From the NCBI GenBank assembly GCA_963667785.2, contig CAXXMU010000006.1:448001-512000 (forward strand): a stretch of DNA of 64,000 nucleotides. Reading direction: 5' to 3'. Position 1 is the first letter of the stretch; every line of letters starts with the position of its first letter. Shown here in pieces: positions 21,349 through 31,839 of the stretch. Source of the stretch: Alphaproteobacteria bacterium. GTDB taxonomy: Bacteria; Pseudomonadota; Alphaproteobacteria; UBA828. Both the position numbers and the translations under genes were made by a program. The notes under the pieces were generated by a model. The model was not told where the DNA came from. It did not search any database and worked only from the letters and a program-made list of their open reading frames with translations.

Positions 21349-22704
21349 TCAGCGCAGGGCGATCAGTTCCGCGCGGTCGGTCAGGATGTAGAGCGTCCCG
21401 TCGGCGACCACCGGCGGCACGCGGACCGGGCCCCGGGCCGCATGCTCCCCCAGCCGCCGGCCGTCGTAGGGCGAGACCGACAGCACCCTGCCGTCGGAGC
21501 CGGCGACCACCAGCCGGTCGCCGACGAGCACGGGGCCGGTCCAGAAGATCGCGTCCTCCCGGTCGTCGGGATCGCGGAAGCGCGGCAGCGCCTGCACCCA
21601 GACGATACCGCCGCTCTGCCGCTCGATACAGACCAGCTCGCCGTCGGCGCTCAGCACGAACAGGAAGTCGCCGGCGACCCACGGGGTATCGAGACCGGCG
21701 ATCTCCCGCTCCCAGGCGCGGCGGCCGCTTCTCAGGTCGATGGCGACCAGGCGCCCGCCATGGCCGATCGCGAACACGATGCCCCGGTCGATCACGGGGC
21801 TGCCGTTGATGTCGTTGAAGGTCGCGATCGCGCCCACCCGGATGCCCTGGACGGCGAGGATGTCCGCCCAGACCGTGCGGCCGTTCTCCACCCTGAGCGC
21901 GGTCAGCTCGCCCGACGAGAAGGGAGCGATGACGATGCCGCCGTCCACCGCCGGGCTCGCGCCTCCGAGCAGGCCTGCGTTCTCCACGATCCCGCCGTGG
22001 CTCCACTGCACGGCGCCGGTGGCGGCATCCAGCACCGTGATCCGGTTGTCGTGGCTGATGACGAAGACGCGGCCGCCGGAGACCGCAGGCGGCGCGCGGA
22101 CGGGAACGCCGATCGCGTGGCGCCACATGACCGCCCCGGTCGCAGCCTCCAGTGCCACGACGCTGCCGAGGCCGGTGGTCACGAAGAGGGTCTCGCCCGC
22201 CACCGCCAGGCCGCCGCCGAAGCCGCCCTCCTCATCCCCGCCGGCAAGCGGCCGGGCGGTCCAGAGACGCGCGCCGGTCTTCGCGTCGAAGGCCGCGATC
22301 AGGCTCGTCGAATCCATGGTGAAGACGCGGCCGCCGGCGATCACCGGCGGCGTCAGCAGAGGCCCCTCATCGTCGATGGGGCTGCCGATATCGACCCGCC
22401 AGCTCTCGGCGAGCGCATCGGCCGAGGCGAGGTGGTGCATGGCGTGGCTGGGATTGCCGCCGGCCTGCGGCCAGTCCTCGTTCAGGGTGGGCGCGGGCAG
22501 GCGCACCGTGATCCCGGCAGTCTCGGGGTCCGGCTCGAGCGCGCGGTCGAGCAGGATCACCGAGAGCCGCTCGCCCTCCAGCTCCGACGGCTCGCTGCCG
22601 CCGAACAGGTCCGAGACAGTGTCGCAGCCGGCGAGGCCGAAGGAGAGGCAGAGGCCCGTCAGGGCAATGCCGCGCGCGACCGCCGGCAGAAAGGCGCCGC
22701 TCAT
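21349..22704 (-). CDS. PQQ-like beta-propeller lipoprotein (BamB-like)
   Basis: Lipobox LAGC, repeated TG..W blades, conserved position between yfgM and der. Confidence 0.85.
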   Translation of the reverse strand: MSGAFLPAVARGIALTGLCLSFGLAGCDTVSDLFGGSEPSELEGERLSVILLDRALEPDPETAGITVRLPAPTLNEDWPQAGGNPSHAMHHLASADALAESWRVDIGSPIDDEGPLLTPPVIAGGRVFTMDSTSLIAAFDAKTGARLWTARPLAGGDEEGGFGGGLAVAGETLFVTTGLGSVVALEAATGAVMWRHAIGVPVRAPPAVSGGRVFVISHDNRITVLDAATGAVQWSHGGIVENAGLLGGASPAVDGGIVIAPFSSGELTALRVENGRTVWADILAVQGIRVGAIATFNDINGSPVIDRGIVFAIGHGGRLVAIDLRSGRRAWEREIAGLDTPWVAGDFLFVLSADGELVCIERQSGGIVWVQALPRFRDPDDREDAIFWTGPVLVGDRLVVAGSDGRVLSVSPYDGRRLGEHAARGPVRVPPVVADGTLYILTDRAELIALR

Positions 22705-23450
22705 TCCGCCGCGTCGCCGGGCGCCGTGTCGGTCTCTGCGTCGGACGCGCCGGCCGCGTCGTCGTTCCAGGCCGCGTCGGCGCCGCCGGCCATCGCCTCC
22801 TCGAGATTGCCGCCGAGGCTCAGCAGCAGCTCCGCCGCCCGCTGGCGCTGGCTGAACGGCGCGGCCGGATCGCGCACCAGCTCGGCGAAGGCGGCCCGCG
22901 CCGCGGCGTCGTTGCCGGCGCGCATCTCGGCGAGCGCGGCGAGCTCGACCGCAAGCGGCCGCCAGGGGGAGCCGCCGGCGAGCAGGGGAGCGAGCCGCTG
23001 GTTGATTTCCGCCACCTGCGCTCGGTCGACCAGCCGCTGCGCCGCCAGCAGGACCGCGAGATCGCGGTAGAGCGGGTCGAGCCGGCTGTCGCCGGCCATG
23101 ATGTCATAGGTATGCACGGCGCCGCTGACGTCTCCGCGCCGGGCACGGGCGTCGGCCTCGGCGAGCCGGGCGAGCGCGGCGTAACCGGTCTCGGAATCGG
23201 CGGCCAACGCGGCGAGGCGCTCCACCGCCTCCGAGCCGCGGCCGGCCTCGATGCCTGCGATCGCGGCGGCGAACTGCCGCCCCTCGGCCTCGCGGGCGCT
23301 TTCCCGGGCGTTGTCGATCAGGACGAAGGCGACCGCGACGCCGAGCGCCGCCACGCCGACGCCGAGCAGCCAGTAGCGCCAGCGCCGCCACAGCTTGAGA
23401 TAGCGCTCGTGCCGAAGGTCCTCGTCGACCTCTCGGAAGATGTCCGCCAC
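22701..23450 (-). CDS. YfgM-like TPR membrane protein
   Basis: ADIFREVDEDLR...LWRRW, single TM helix, synteny with bamB-der. Confidence 0.85.
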   Translation of the reverse strand: MADIFREVDEDLRHERYLKLWRRWRYWLLGVGVAALGVAVAFVLIDNARESAREAEGRQFAAAIAGIEAGRGSEAVERLAALAADSETGYAALARLAEADARARRGDVSGAVHTYDIMAGDSRLDPLYRDLAVLLAAQRLVDRAQVAEINQRLAPLLAGGSPWRPLAVELAALAEMRAGNDAAARAAFAELVRDPAAPFSQRQRAAELLLSLGGNLEEAMAGGADAAWNDDAAGASDAETDTAPGDAAE

Positions 23451-23508
23451 CGCCCGCGCCTCCGTGAGCGTCGCTGCCCTGCCGGCCCGTCCCGAGGGGG
23501 GACCTGGC

Positions 23509-24066
23509 TCAGGCGGCCTCGCGCCACTTGATCGAGCAGCCCATCGACGGCAGCTGCTCCTCGGGCCCGCTCCCGGTCTCGGCGATGCGGAGCATGGCCT
23601 CGTAGAGCTCGCGCCTCGCGCCGGGCACCGGCTCCATCCGGGAGGCGTCCAGCCGGCCCCGGTACTGCAGGCCGAGCGCGCCGTCGAAGCCGAAGAAGTC
23701 CGGCGTGCACACCGCGTCGTAGGCGCGCGCCGTCGCCTGGGTCGGGTCGATGAGGTAGGGGAAGCCGAACCCGTTCTCGGCGGCGAAGAGCGTCATGTTC
23801 TCGAAGGAATCGGCGGGATAGGCGTCGGTATCGTTGGGCATGATCGCCACCGCGCCGACGCCCTGGCGGGCGAGCTCGTCCACGTCGCGCACGATACGGT
23901 CGATGACGGCCTTCACGAACGGACAATGATTGCAGAGGAACATCACCAGAGTGGCCCGCTCGCCGCGGCAGTCCTCCAGCGTGTAGCTCTTTCCGCCGGT
24001 TCCCTCGAGCCTGAAGTCGGGCGCCTTCCAGCCGACATCGCAGAGGGGGGTGGTCATCGCCGCCAT
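23509..24066 (-). CDS. Thioredoxin / AhpC-TSA family protein
   Basis: FLCNHCPFV, AVCTPDFF, YRGRLD, SMGCSIKW. Confidence 0.92.
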   Translation of the reverse strand: MAAMTTPLCDVGWKAPDFRLEGTGGKSYTLEDCRGERATLVMFLCNHCPFVKAVIDRIVRDVDELARQGVGAVAIMPNDTDAYPADSFENMTLFAAENGFGFPYLIDPTQATARAYDAVCTPDFFGFDGALGLQYRGRLDASRMEPVPGARRELYEAMLRIAETGSGPEEQLPSMGCSIKWREAA

Positions 24067-24185
24067 GGGCACTGTCTCCCTGCCGCGGCCGGACGCCGCG
24101 CGATCGCACGTTCAGGACAATGGTGTAGGATCACAAACATCGCCCGAAAACGCAACGAGGCGGACGCGACGACAGGGCAACGACC

Positions 24186-24536
24186 ATGAGCGAGCGCATA
24201 GGACGGTACCGGGACTTCTGGCCCTTCTACGTGGGCGAGCACAGCCGGCGCTGGACCCGCCGGATGCACTTCGTCGGCACCACGGGCGCCGTCGCCTTGG
24301 TGGTCGCCGCCGCCGCCCTGCGCGAGCCGTTGCTGCTGCCGGCCGCGCTCGTCTGCGGCTACTTCTTCGCCTGGCTCAGCCACCTCCTGATCGAGCGCAA
24401 CCGGCCGGCGACCTTCACCTATCCGCTGTTCAGCCTGGCCGGCGACTTCCACATGTGGGCGCTGATGTGGCAGGGCCGCATGGACGCAGAGGCGGAGCGG
24501 GTGGCCGCCGCCAAGCCCGAGGCGCCGACGCCCTAG
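24186..24536 (+). CDS. DUF962 / Mpo1-like membrane protein
   Basis: FWPFYVGEH...HFVGT...AWLSHLLIERNRPATFTYP. Confidence 0.85.
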   Translation: MSERIGRYRDFWPFYVGEHSRRWTRRMHFVGTTGAVALVVAAAALREPLLLPAALVCGYFFAWLSHLLIERNRPATFTYPLFSLAGDFHMWALMWQGRMDAEAERVAAAKPEAPTP

Positions 24537-24569
24537 AGGCGGCGCCGGCGCAGCACAGGGCGCGTGTGT

Positions 24570-24995
24570 TCAGGCCGCGTCGGAGCGCGGCTTCGCCGCC
24601 ACGTAGGCCCGCCTGTAGTGCTCCAGGCAATAGGGCTTGCCGAGGAGCGCGCGCTCCCCACAGAAGTGGAAGTGCGGCTCGTCGGGATGGCCGATGGGCC
24701 ACTTGCACGCCGTGTTGCCGACGGCGATTGGCGGCGCAGGCGCCCGCGGCCGGACCTGCGGCAGGACCGAGACCGACGCCGGAGCCCGCTTCGGCGCGCC
24801 CGGCGCCCGGGTCGTCCTCTGAACGCTCTTGCCATGCCTGATCGGCGACGGGCGCGGCGGAAGCTGCAGTCGGTGGGCCTTGCCGACGACGGCATTCTTG
24901 GACATGCCGATGGCGCGTCCGATCTCGGCGGTCGTGAGTCCCTCGTTCCACAGCCGGGTCACGGCGGCGATCCGTTCCGGTGTCCAGGTTGTCAT
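24570..24995 (-). CDS. gcrA: GcrA cell-cycle regulator family
   Basis: WTPERI...LWNEGL...SKNAVVGKAHRL, CKWPIGHP...FCG...YCLEH. Confidence 0.92.
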   Translation of the reverse strand: MTTWTPERIAAVTRLWNEGLTTAEIGRAIGMSKNAVVGKAHRLQLPPRPSPIRHGKSVQRTTRAPGAPKRAPASVSVLPQVRPRAPAPPIAVGNTACKWPIGHPDEPHFHFCGERALLGKPYCLEHYRRAYVAAKPRSDAA

Positions 24996-25353
24996 AACCG
25001 TACCTCCGTCCGGTGCCGGGCATGCACCCCTTGACAGTGTCATTCAAAATCTAGAGATGCCCTGTCCCAAAACCGCAATATACAGTAGCACCCACGAAAT
25101 GCAAGCCGGGCCTGGCAACCGTTGGCCCCCGTGCCGGACCGGCCGCAGCGCCGGACGGACGGGCCGGGAGGCGGACAGGCTCTTGCGCGGTGGCCGGCTC
25201 TTGGGCTAACTGTCCGTATCTGGGACAAAAAAGAAGAAGGGTCGTCCCGCGGTTTGGGGGGATTGGTGAGAGAGGCGCCGCTTCACGAATGCGCGCCGGG
25301 CGCGCCGCCGGCAGGACTCGCCGTGTCGGGCGCCGGCTGAAGCGGGGGGCAAG

Positions 25354-26037
25354 GTGAGCCTCTTCCGCCGCCGCGAGAAGCTGAGCCCGTGGGCGCGCGT
25401 CCAGGGCTTTCTCTGGCCGCGCATGGGCTGGGGCCGCGCCCTCAGGTTCTGGACCTTCAGGCTCAAGCGGCTGCAGGGCTCGCCCTATGCCATCGCCTGC
25501 GGCTTCGCCTGCGGGGCGGCGGTCTCGTTCACGCCCTTCATCGGCTTCCACTTCATCCTTGCCGCGGTGCTCGCCTGGGCGCTGCGCGGCAATGTCATCG
25601 CGTCGGCGATCGGCACCGCCGTGGGCAATCCGTGGACCTTCCCCTTCATCTGGGCCGGCATCCTCTGGATCGGCACCTGGATCCTCGGCTACGAGCGCGG
25701 CCAGGAGCTGCCGGAGGAAGTCACCTTCGGCACCATCTTCGAGGAGCCGGGGACGGTGCTGCTGCCGATGCTCGTGGGCGGGCTGCCGGTGGCGACGCTG
25801 GTGTGGCTGCTCTTCTTCTTCCCGATCCGCCGGGTGGTCGCCAACTACCAGCACCACCGCATGACCAGGCGCCTGCGCCGCCGGCGGGCGCTCGACGAGG
25901 AGAAGCGCTCCAGGCTCGAGGCGGCGCAGGCGGAGGACGACATCACCATTCCCGATGTCGCGCCCGCGCAAGGGGCCGAGCCGGTCGCCGCCAACGTGAC
26001 CCACCTCGACCAGGTGTACGTCGACCGCGGCCGATGA
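25354..26037 (+). CDS. DUF2062 membrane protein
   Basis: [31 protein letters not shown]. Confidence 0.85.
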   Translation: MSLFRRREKLSPWARVQGFLWPRMGWGRALRFWTFRLKRLQGSPYAIACGFACGAAVSFTPFIGFHFILAAVLAWALRGNVIASAIGTAVGNPWTFPFIWAGILWIGTWILGYERGQELPEEVTFGTIFEEPGTVLLPMLVGGLPVATLVWLLFFFPIRRVVANYQHHRMTRRLRRRRALDEEKRSRLEAAQAEDDITIPDVAPAQGAEPVAANVTHLDQVYVDRGR

Positions 26038-26438
26038 TCGTCGGCCTCGGCTCCGACATCGTCGATATCAGGCGGATCGCGAAAACGCTCGAACGCTTCG
26101 GCCCGCGCTTCACCCATCGCGTCTTCACCGAGACCGAGCGCGCCCGCGCCGAACGCCGCCTGCGGCCGGAGCAGACCTATGCCCGCCGCTTCGCCGCCAA
26201 GGAGGCCTGCGCCAAGGCGCTCGGCACCGGGCTGCGCAACGGCGTCTTCTGGCGCGACATGGCGGTGGTCAACCTGCCGTCCGGCCAGCCGACGATCGAG
26301 CTCAGCGGCGGCGCGCTCAGGCGCTTGCAATCGCTCACGCCTTCGGGCATGAGGTGCCGCATCGACGTGACCCTGACCGATGAGCCGCCGATCGCCCAGG
26401 CCATCGTGGTGATCACGGCGATGCCCGCGAGCGAGTGA
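26034..26438 (+). CDS. acpS: Holo-ACP synthase
   Basis: [30 protein letters not shown]. Confidence 0.96.
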   Translation: MIVGLGSDIVDIRRIAKTLERFGPRFTHRVFTETERARAERRLRPEQTYARRFAAKEACAKALGTGLRNGVFWRDMAVVNLPSGQPTIELSGGALRRLQSLTPSGMRCRIDVTLTDEPPIAQAIVVITAMPASE

Positions 26439-26508
26439 CGGCAACGAGGGCTGCGGGCGGCCCGGGCCGCGACTGGCTGGAACCGAACCGACCGCTGAGC
26501 GACCGCAC

Positions 26509-27276
26509 ATGGGGCGCGCCAAGATCCAAGGCAAGGGCACGGCCAAGCGACGCTTCGGCGGTCTCTGGGATACCGTCCGGACCCTCATCTACGCCGTGCT
26601 CGCGGCGCTGGTCGTGCGCACCGTGGCCATCGAGCCCTTCAACATCCCGTCCGGCTCGATGATCCCGACCCTGCTGGTCGGCGACTACCTGTTCGTCTCG
26701 AAATACGCCTACGGCTATAGCACCTACTCGCTGCCGTGGAACCTCACGATCTTCGACGGGCGCATTCTGGACAGCCCGCCCGAGCGCGGCGACGTCGCGG
26801 TCTTCAAGCTGCCCAGCGACAACGAGACCGACTACATCAAGCGCATCGTCGGGCTTCCGGGCGATCGTATCCAGGTGCTGCGCGGCGTGCTCCACATCAA
26901 CGGTACGCCGGTCCGGCGCGAGCGGGTGGACGACTACAGCTACCACGACCGCTACGGCCGCGAGCGCGTCCTGCGCCAGTATCGCGAGACGCTGCCGAAC
27001 GGAGCCTCGTACATGACACTCGACGCCACGCCCACCGGCGGCCTCGACGACACGCAGATCTTCACCGTGCCCCCCGACCACTATTTCGCCATGGGCGACA
27101 ACCGCGACAACTCGCTCGACAGTCGCGTGCACTCGGTCGGCTTCATCCCGGCCGAGAACCTGGTGGGCCGGGCCGAGTTCATCTTCCACTCGCTGGAGGA
27201 CGGCACCAGCATCGGGGAGGTCTGGAACTGGCCGGGCGCGACACGGGACGAGCGCATATTCAAGGCGATCGACTAG
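26509..27276 (+). CDS. lepB: Signal peptidase I
   Basis: IPSGSMIPTL, YIKRIVGLPGD, MGDNRDNSLDSR. Confidence 0.97.
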   Translation: MGRAKIQGKGTAKRRFGGLWDTVRTLIYAVLAALVVRTVAIEPFNIPSGSMIPTLLVGDYLFVSKYAYGYSTYSLPWNLTIFDGRILDSPPERGDVAVFKLPSDNETDYIKRIVGLPGDRIQVLRGVLHINGTPVRRERVDDYSYHDRYGRERVLRQYRETLPNGASYMTLDATPTGGLDDTQIFTVPPDHYFAMGDNRDNSLDSRVHSVGFIPAENLVGRAEFIFHSLEDGTSIGEVWNWPGATRDERIFKAID

Positions 27277-27995
27277 CGCCGCCGGACGCGGCGGAAGACG
27301 CCGCGCGCCGCCTCGAAGAGGCGCTCGGCCACCGCTTCGCGCGACCCTCGCTGCTGGCGCTCGCGCTCCGCCACCCCAGCGCGGCCGGGCAGGCCGGCAG
27401 CAATCAGCGCCTGGAGTTTCTGGGCGACCGGGTGCTCGGCATGGTGGTGGCGGCGATGCTCTACGAGGCCTTTCCCAACGAGGCCGAAGGCGCGCTCTCG
27501 CAGCGATACGCCGCGCTGGTACGCAGGCAGGCGCTGGAGGACGTGGCCCGCCGGCTCGCGCTCGGGCGCCACCTCCTGCTCGGCGGGGGCGAGGGCGCGG
27601 CCGGCGGTCGCGACAATCCGGCCTACCTGGCGGACGCCTGCGAGGCGGTCATCGGCGCGCTCTACATCGACGGCGGCCTGGCGGCTGCCGAGCGCTTCGT
27701 TCGCCGCCACTGGGAGCCGGCGATGACCGCCGACGCCCGGCCCCCGCGCGATGCCAAGACGCGGCTGCAGGAGTGGACGCAGGCGCGGAGCATGGGGCTG
27801 CCCGCCTACCGCACGCTGTCGTCGAGCGGGCCGGACCACGCACCGCTCTTCGAGGTGGAGGCGACGGTCGCCGGGCTCGGCAGCGCGGTCGCCACCGGCA
27901 CCACCAAGCGCGCCGCCGAGCAGGGCGCCGCGGACGCCCTGCTCGCACGCACGGAACGGGCGGCGGACGGCGCTCGCGCAGCCGACGATGGCTGA
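27273..27995 (+). CDS. rnc: Ribonuclease III (start codon uncertain)
   Basis: NQRLEFLGDRVLG, ADACEAVIGALYIDGG, dsRBD DAKTRLQEW; lies between lepB and era. Confidence 0.93.
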   Translation, partial: LAPPDAAEDAARRLEEALGHRFARPSLLALALRHPSAAGQAGSNQRLEFLGDRVLGMVVAAMLYEAFPNEAEGALSQRYAALVRRQALEDVARRLALGRHLLLGGGEGAAGGRDNPAYLADACEAVIGALYIDGGLAAAERFVRRHWEPAMTADARPPRDAKTRLQEWTQARSMGLPAYRTLSSSGPDHAPLFEVEATVAGLGSAVATGTTKRAAEQGAADALLARTERAADGARAADDG

Positions 27996-28890
27996 GGCCG
28001 GCATGCGCGCGGGCTTCGTGGCCGTGCTGGGCGCGCCCAATGTCGGCAAGTCGACCCTGGTCAACCGGCTGGTGGGCGCCAAGGTGGCGATCGTCTCGCC
28101 CAAGGTGCAGACCACCCGCAGCCGGCTGCGCGGGATCCGCGTGGTCGACGAGGTCCAGATCGTCTTCGTCGACACGCCCGGCATCTTTGCCGCGAAGCGG
28201 CGCTTCGAGCGCGCGATGGTCCACGCCGCCTGGAGCGGCGCCCACGACGCCGACGCCATCCTGCTGCTGATCGACGCGCGGCGCGGGCTGACGGGCGAGA
28301 CCGGGGCGATCATCGAGAGGCTGAAGGAGTCCGGGCGCGAGGCCCTGGTCGCCCTCAACAAGATCGACCTAGTGCCCCGGCAGCGGCTGCTGCCGCTCGC
28401 GGCTGCGGTGGAGGAGACCGGGCTCGCTGCCGAGATCTTCATGGTATCCGCGCTCGACGGCGACGGGGTCGACCACCTCCTGGCAGTCCTCAAGGCCCGC
28501 ATGCCGCCGGGTCCCTGGCTCTATCCCGAAGACCAGCTCGCGGACATATCGGAGCGCCTGCTGGCGGCGGAGATCACGCGCGAGCAGCTCTTCCTGCAAC
28601 TGCGCCAGGAGCTCCCCTACGCCGTCGCGGTCGAGACCGAAGGCTGGACCGCCGCCCGCGGCGGGGCCGTGCGGGTGGAGCAGGTGATCTACGTGCAGCG
28701 CGAGACCCACAAGGGCATCGTCCTCGGCAAGGGCGGGCGGCAGATCAGGGCGATCGGCACGGCCGCGCGCGCCGGGCTCGCGGAGGCCCTCGGCCGTCCG
28801 GTGGACCTCAAGCTCTTCGTGAAGGTACGCCAGCGCTGGCCCGAGGACCCGGAGCGCTACCGCGATATCGGCCTCGAGTACGACGTCTGA
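27988..28890 (+). CDS. era: GTPase Era
   Basis: GAPNVGKS, QTTR, DTPG, NKID, KH domain. Confidence 0.97.
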   Translation: MAEAGMRAGFVAVLGAPNVGKSTLVNRLVGAKVAIVSPKVQTTRSRLRGIRVVDEVQIVFVDTPGIFAAKRRFERAMVHAAWSGAHDADAILLLIDARRGLTGETGAIIERLKESGREALVALNKIDLVPRQRLLPLAAAVEETGLAAEIFMVSALDGDGVDHLLAVLKARMPPGPWLYPEDQLADISERLLAAEITREQLFLQLRQELPYAVAVETEGWTAARGGAVRVEQVIYVQRETHKGIVLGKGGRQIRAIGTAARAGLAEALGRPVDLKLFVKVRQRWPEDPERYRDIGLEYDV

Positions 28891-29009
28891 GGCGGACCCG
28901 GCGTCGGACCGCCTTGCACGTCACCGGATCGCGCGACGCCGTTGACAGGCCGGTGCCCGGTGTTCGACGATTGCACGGTCCGTGGATGACCCTCCGGCTG
29001 GACTGCGCC

Positions 29010-29720
29010 GTGCTCACCTTTACCGAACAGATGCTGCTGCTCCTGCTGGACGACGAGACCGGAACCTTCGTCCCCATCCCCAGGACCAGCCTCACATGCG
29101 CGCTGGCCGGCGCCGTGCTGATGGACCTCGCCTTCGCCAACCGGATCGACACCGATCTTCAGACGCTCACGGTCACCAACCGGACTCCCACCGGCACTCC
29201 CATGCTCGACCGCGCGCTCACGAAGATCGGGGCCCGGAAGGAGGCGATGGACACCCGCAGCTGGATCAAGCTGCTCTCGGTCGAGGACGCGGAGTCCATC
29301 CGCGAGCAGGCGCTGCAGGGGCTCGTCCTGCAGGGCGTCCTGGCGCAACGGCCGGACAGTTTCCGCTCGGCCTTCCAGCCGGGACTCGGCGTCCTGGAGC
29401 GGGGGGAGAAAAGCTTCCTCCGGGCCCTCGACGTCCGGCGCTACCGCACGATCGACGTTGAGGCCGAGCGCGAGGTCAAGCGGCGCATAGGCAGGGTGTT
29501 GCTCACCGACGACATCCCCGACCCCCGCGACGTGGCGTTGATCGGCCTCGCGGACGCCTGCGACATCCTGGGCGACGTCTTCCCCGACCGGAAGATGGAG
29601 GCCCTGCGCCCGCGCGTCGAGCAGCTGCGGAACATGGACCTGATCGGCCGCGAGCTGGCGGGCGCGATCTCGGACATCGAGCACAACGTGAAGATGGCCG
29701 TCTCGGGCGTGGCCGGCTAG
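29010..29720 (+). CDS. GPP34 (Golgi phosphoprotein 3-like) family protein
   Basis: LTFTEQMLLLLLDD, LAGAVLMDLA, PTGTPMLDRAL, DPRDVALIGL. Confidence 0.8.
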   Translation: MLTFTEQMLLLLLDDETGTFVPIPRTSLTCALAGAVLMDLAFANRIDTDLQTLTVTNRTPTGTPMLDRALTKIGARKEAMDTRSWIKLLSVEDAESIREQALQGLVLQGVLAQRPDSFRSAFQPGLGVLERGEKSFLRALDVRRYRTIDVEAEREVKRRIGRVLLTDDIPDPRDVALIGLADACDILGDVFPDRKMEALRPRVEQLRNMDLIGRELAGAISDIEHNVKMAVSGVAG

Positions 29721-29949
29721 AGCATTATCCGACCATACGAGGTCACCACGGCTTGAGCGTACTCCCACCTCCCCCTGTCCCCCTCCCCCAAAGGCGGAGG
29801 GGGAACGCGGCGGCGCCGCCTGTTCTCCCTCTCCGCCCCTGGGGGCGGAGAGGGCCGGGGTGAGGTGGGGGAAGATCGGGCAACACCGCACGAAGATTGG
29901 GCACCCGCAGCAACTCGCTGCGATCGTGTCTGAACGAAAAGTGCTCTAG
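29717..29949. repeat. MITE-like repeat, copy 3 (233 bp)
   Basis: Same terminal repeats, with a 5-bp insertion; its left CTAG contains the stop codon of the upstream gene. Confidence 0.9.
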
Positions 29950-30069
29950 CGCGCACGGGAGGGCGGCCGGCGTCGCCGCCGCACGGCCCCGCGGGACGGG
30001 CCGGCCCTTCGATCCCACGCGAATCTGTGTCACCCTGCCGGCCGCACTCGAGGACAGGGAGGGTGCGGC

Positions 30070-31836
30070 ATGACGACGGGCGGCTCGGAGCGGCCCGGCG
30101 GCGTTCGCTATCAGCCTGACGAACGGCCGCCGATACTCCTCAGCGGCGGACTCGGTCTGCAGCTCGCGATCCTCTGCATCGCCGGGGTCGCGCTCGCGCC
30201 GGCGATCGTGGTCCGCGCCGCCGGCGGCAGCGAATCCTACCTGACGTGGGCCGTCTTCGCCGCGGTCCTGGTGAGCGGCGTGAGCACCGTGCTGCAGGCG
30301 CGCCGCATCGGGCGGATCGGCGCCGGCTACGTCCTCGTCATGGGCACCTCGGGCGCCTTCATCGCGATCTGCGTCGCCGCCATCGCCCAGGGCGGACCGG
30401 CCATGCTGGCCACCCTGGTGGTGATCTCGTCCCTCTTCCAGTTCCTGCTGGCGTGGCGGCTGTCGCTGCTGCGCCGAATCCTGACGCCCACGGTCGCGGG
30501 CACCGTCATCATGCTGATCCCGGTCACGGTGATGCCCATCGTCTTCGGCATGCTGAGTCAGGTGCCGGAGGGCTCGCCGGCGCTGGCGGCGCCGCTGTCT
30601 GCGCTGGTGACGGCGCTGGTCATCGCCGCCATCGCGCTGAAGGCGACGGGAGCGCTCCGCCTCTGGGCACCGGTCATCGGCATCGTCGCCGGCTGCGGGG
30701 TCGCCGGCTATTTCGGCCTCTACGAGGTCGAGCGCATCGCCAATGCCGCGTGGGTCGGCCTGCCCGAAGGCGCGTGGCCCGGCTTCGACCTCGATTTCGG
30801 GCCGGTCTTCTGGGGGCTGCTGCCGGCCTTCGTCTTCGTGACCCTGGTCGGCGCCATCGAGACGGTGGGCGACGGGGTCGCCATCCAGCGCGTTTCCTGG
30901 CGCAAGCCCCGGGCGGTGGATTTTCGGGCGGTGCAGGGCGCGGTCGGCGCGGACGGCGTCGGCAACCTGCTCTCCGGCCTGATGGGGACGGTGCCGAACA
31001 CGACCTATTCGACGAGCATATCCGTCACCGCGCTCACCGGGGTCGGCGCCCGCAGCGTCGGCATCGCGCTCGGCATCGTTTTCGTCGCGGTGGCGTTCAT
31101 CCCCAAGGCGCTCGCCGTGGTAATGGCGATACCGGGGCCGGTGGCGGCGGCCTACATCACCGTGCTGCTGGGGCTGCTCTTCGTCGTCGGCATGCGGATC
31201 GTCGTCCAGGACGGGCTCGACTACCGCAAAGGCCTGATCGCCGGCATCTCGTTCTGGATCGGGGTCGGCCTGCAGAACGGCGTGATCTTCCCCGAGCACG
31301 TCTCCGGCATCGCCGGCGGCCTGCTGGAGAACGGCATGACCGGCGGCGGCCTGGTGGCGATCCTGCTCACCCTCTTCGTGGAGCTGACTTCGCCCCGCCG
31401 CCGCCGCATGCAGGCACCCTTCGAGGTCGCCTCGCTGCCCGAGATCAGGGCGTTTCTCGAGCGCTTCGCCTCACGCAGCGGCTGGAGTGCGGCGATGGCG
31501 CAGCGCCTCGATGCCGCCGCCGAGGAGGCACTGCTGACGCTGCTGCGCGAAGGCGAAGGCGAGGAAGAGGGCGGCGAGGCGGCCCGGAAGCGGCGCCTGC
31601 TTCTCACCGCCCACAGGGAGGGCGGCGGCGCGGTGCTGGAGTTCATCGCCGCGCCCGGCGACGACAATCTGGAGGACCGGATCGCCGTGATGAGCGAGCA
31701 GGCCGACGGCGCGCCCGAGCATGAGGTCTCGCTCAGGCTGCTGCGCCACCTCGCGTCCTCGGTCCACCACCAGCAGTATCACGACACCGACATCGTCACG
31801 ATCCGCGTGGACACCCCGGCACCCGGCCGAAGCTGA
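30070..31836 (+). CDS. NCS2 xanthine/uracil permease-like transporter with extra soluble C-terminal domain
   Basis: YQPDERPP, GTSGAF, ETVGD, ADGVGN, PNTTYS; about 140-aa hydrophilic tail. Confidence 0.8.
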   Translation: MTTGGSERPGGVRYQPDERPPILLSGGLGLQLAILCIAGVALAPAIVVRAAGGSESYLTWAVFAAVLVSGVSTVLQARRIGRIGAGYVLVMGTSGAFIAICVAAIAQGGPAMLATLVVISSLFQFLLAWRLSLLRRILTPTVAGTVIMLIPVTVMPIVFGMLSQVPEGSPALAAPLSALVTALVIAAIALKATGALRLWAPVIGIVAGCGVAGYFGLYEVERIANAAWVGLPEGAWPGFDLDFGPVFWGLLPAFVFVTLVGAIETVGDGVAIQRVSWRKPRAVDFRAVQGAVGADGVGNLLSGLMGTVPNTTYSTSISVTALTGVGARSVGIALGIVFVAVAFIPKALAVVMAIPGPVAAAYITVLLGLLFVVGMRIVVQDGLDYRKGLIAGISFWIGVGLQNGVIFPEHVSGIAGGLLENGMTGGGLVAILLTLFVELTSPRRRRMQAPFEVASLPEIRAFLERFASRSGWSAAMAQRLDAAAEEALLTLLREGEGEEEGGEAARKRRLLLTAHREGGGAVLEFIAAPGDDNLEDRIAVMSEQADGAPEHEVSLRLLRHLASSVHHQQYHDTDIVTIRVDTPAPGRS

Positions 31837-31839
31837 AGG

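Noticed and set aside
20227-23070. 947-aa plus-strand ORF and many similar long ORFs in the track
   Set aside because: These are antisense or off-frame shadows of real genes, caused by stop-codon scarcity in high-GC DNA; they are Arg/Gly/Pro-rich with no motifs.
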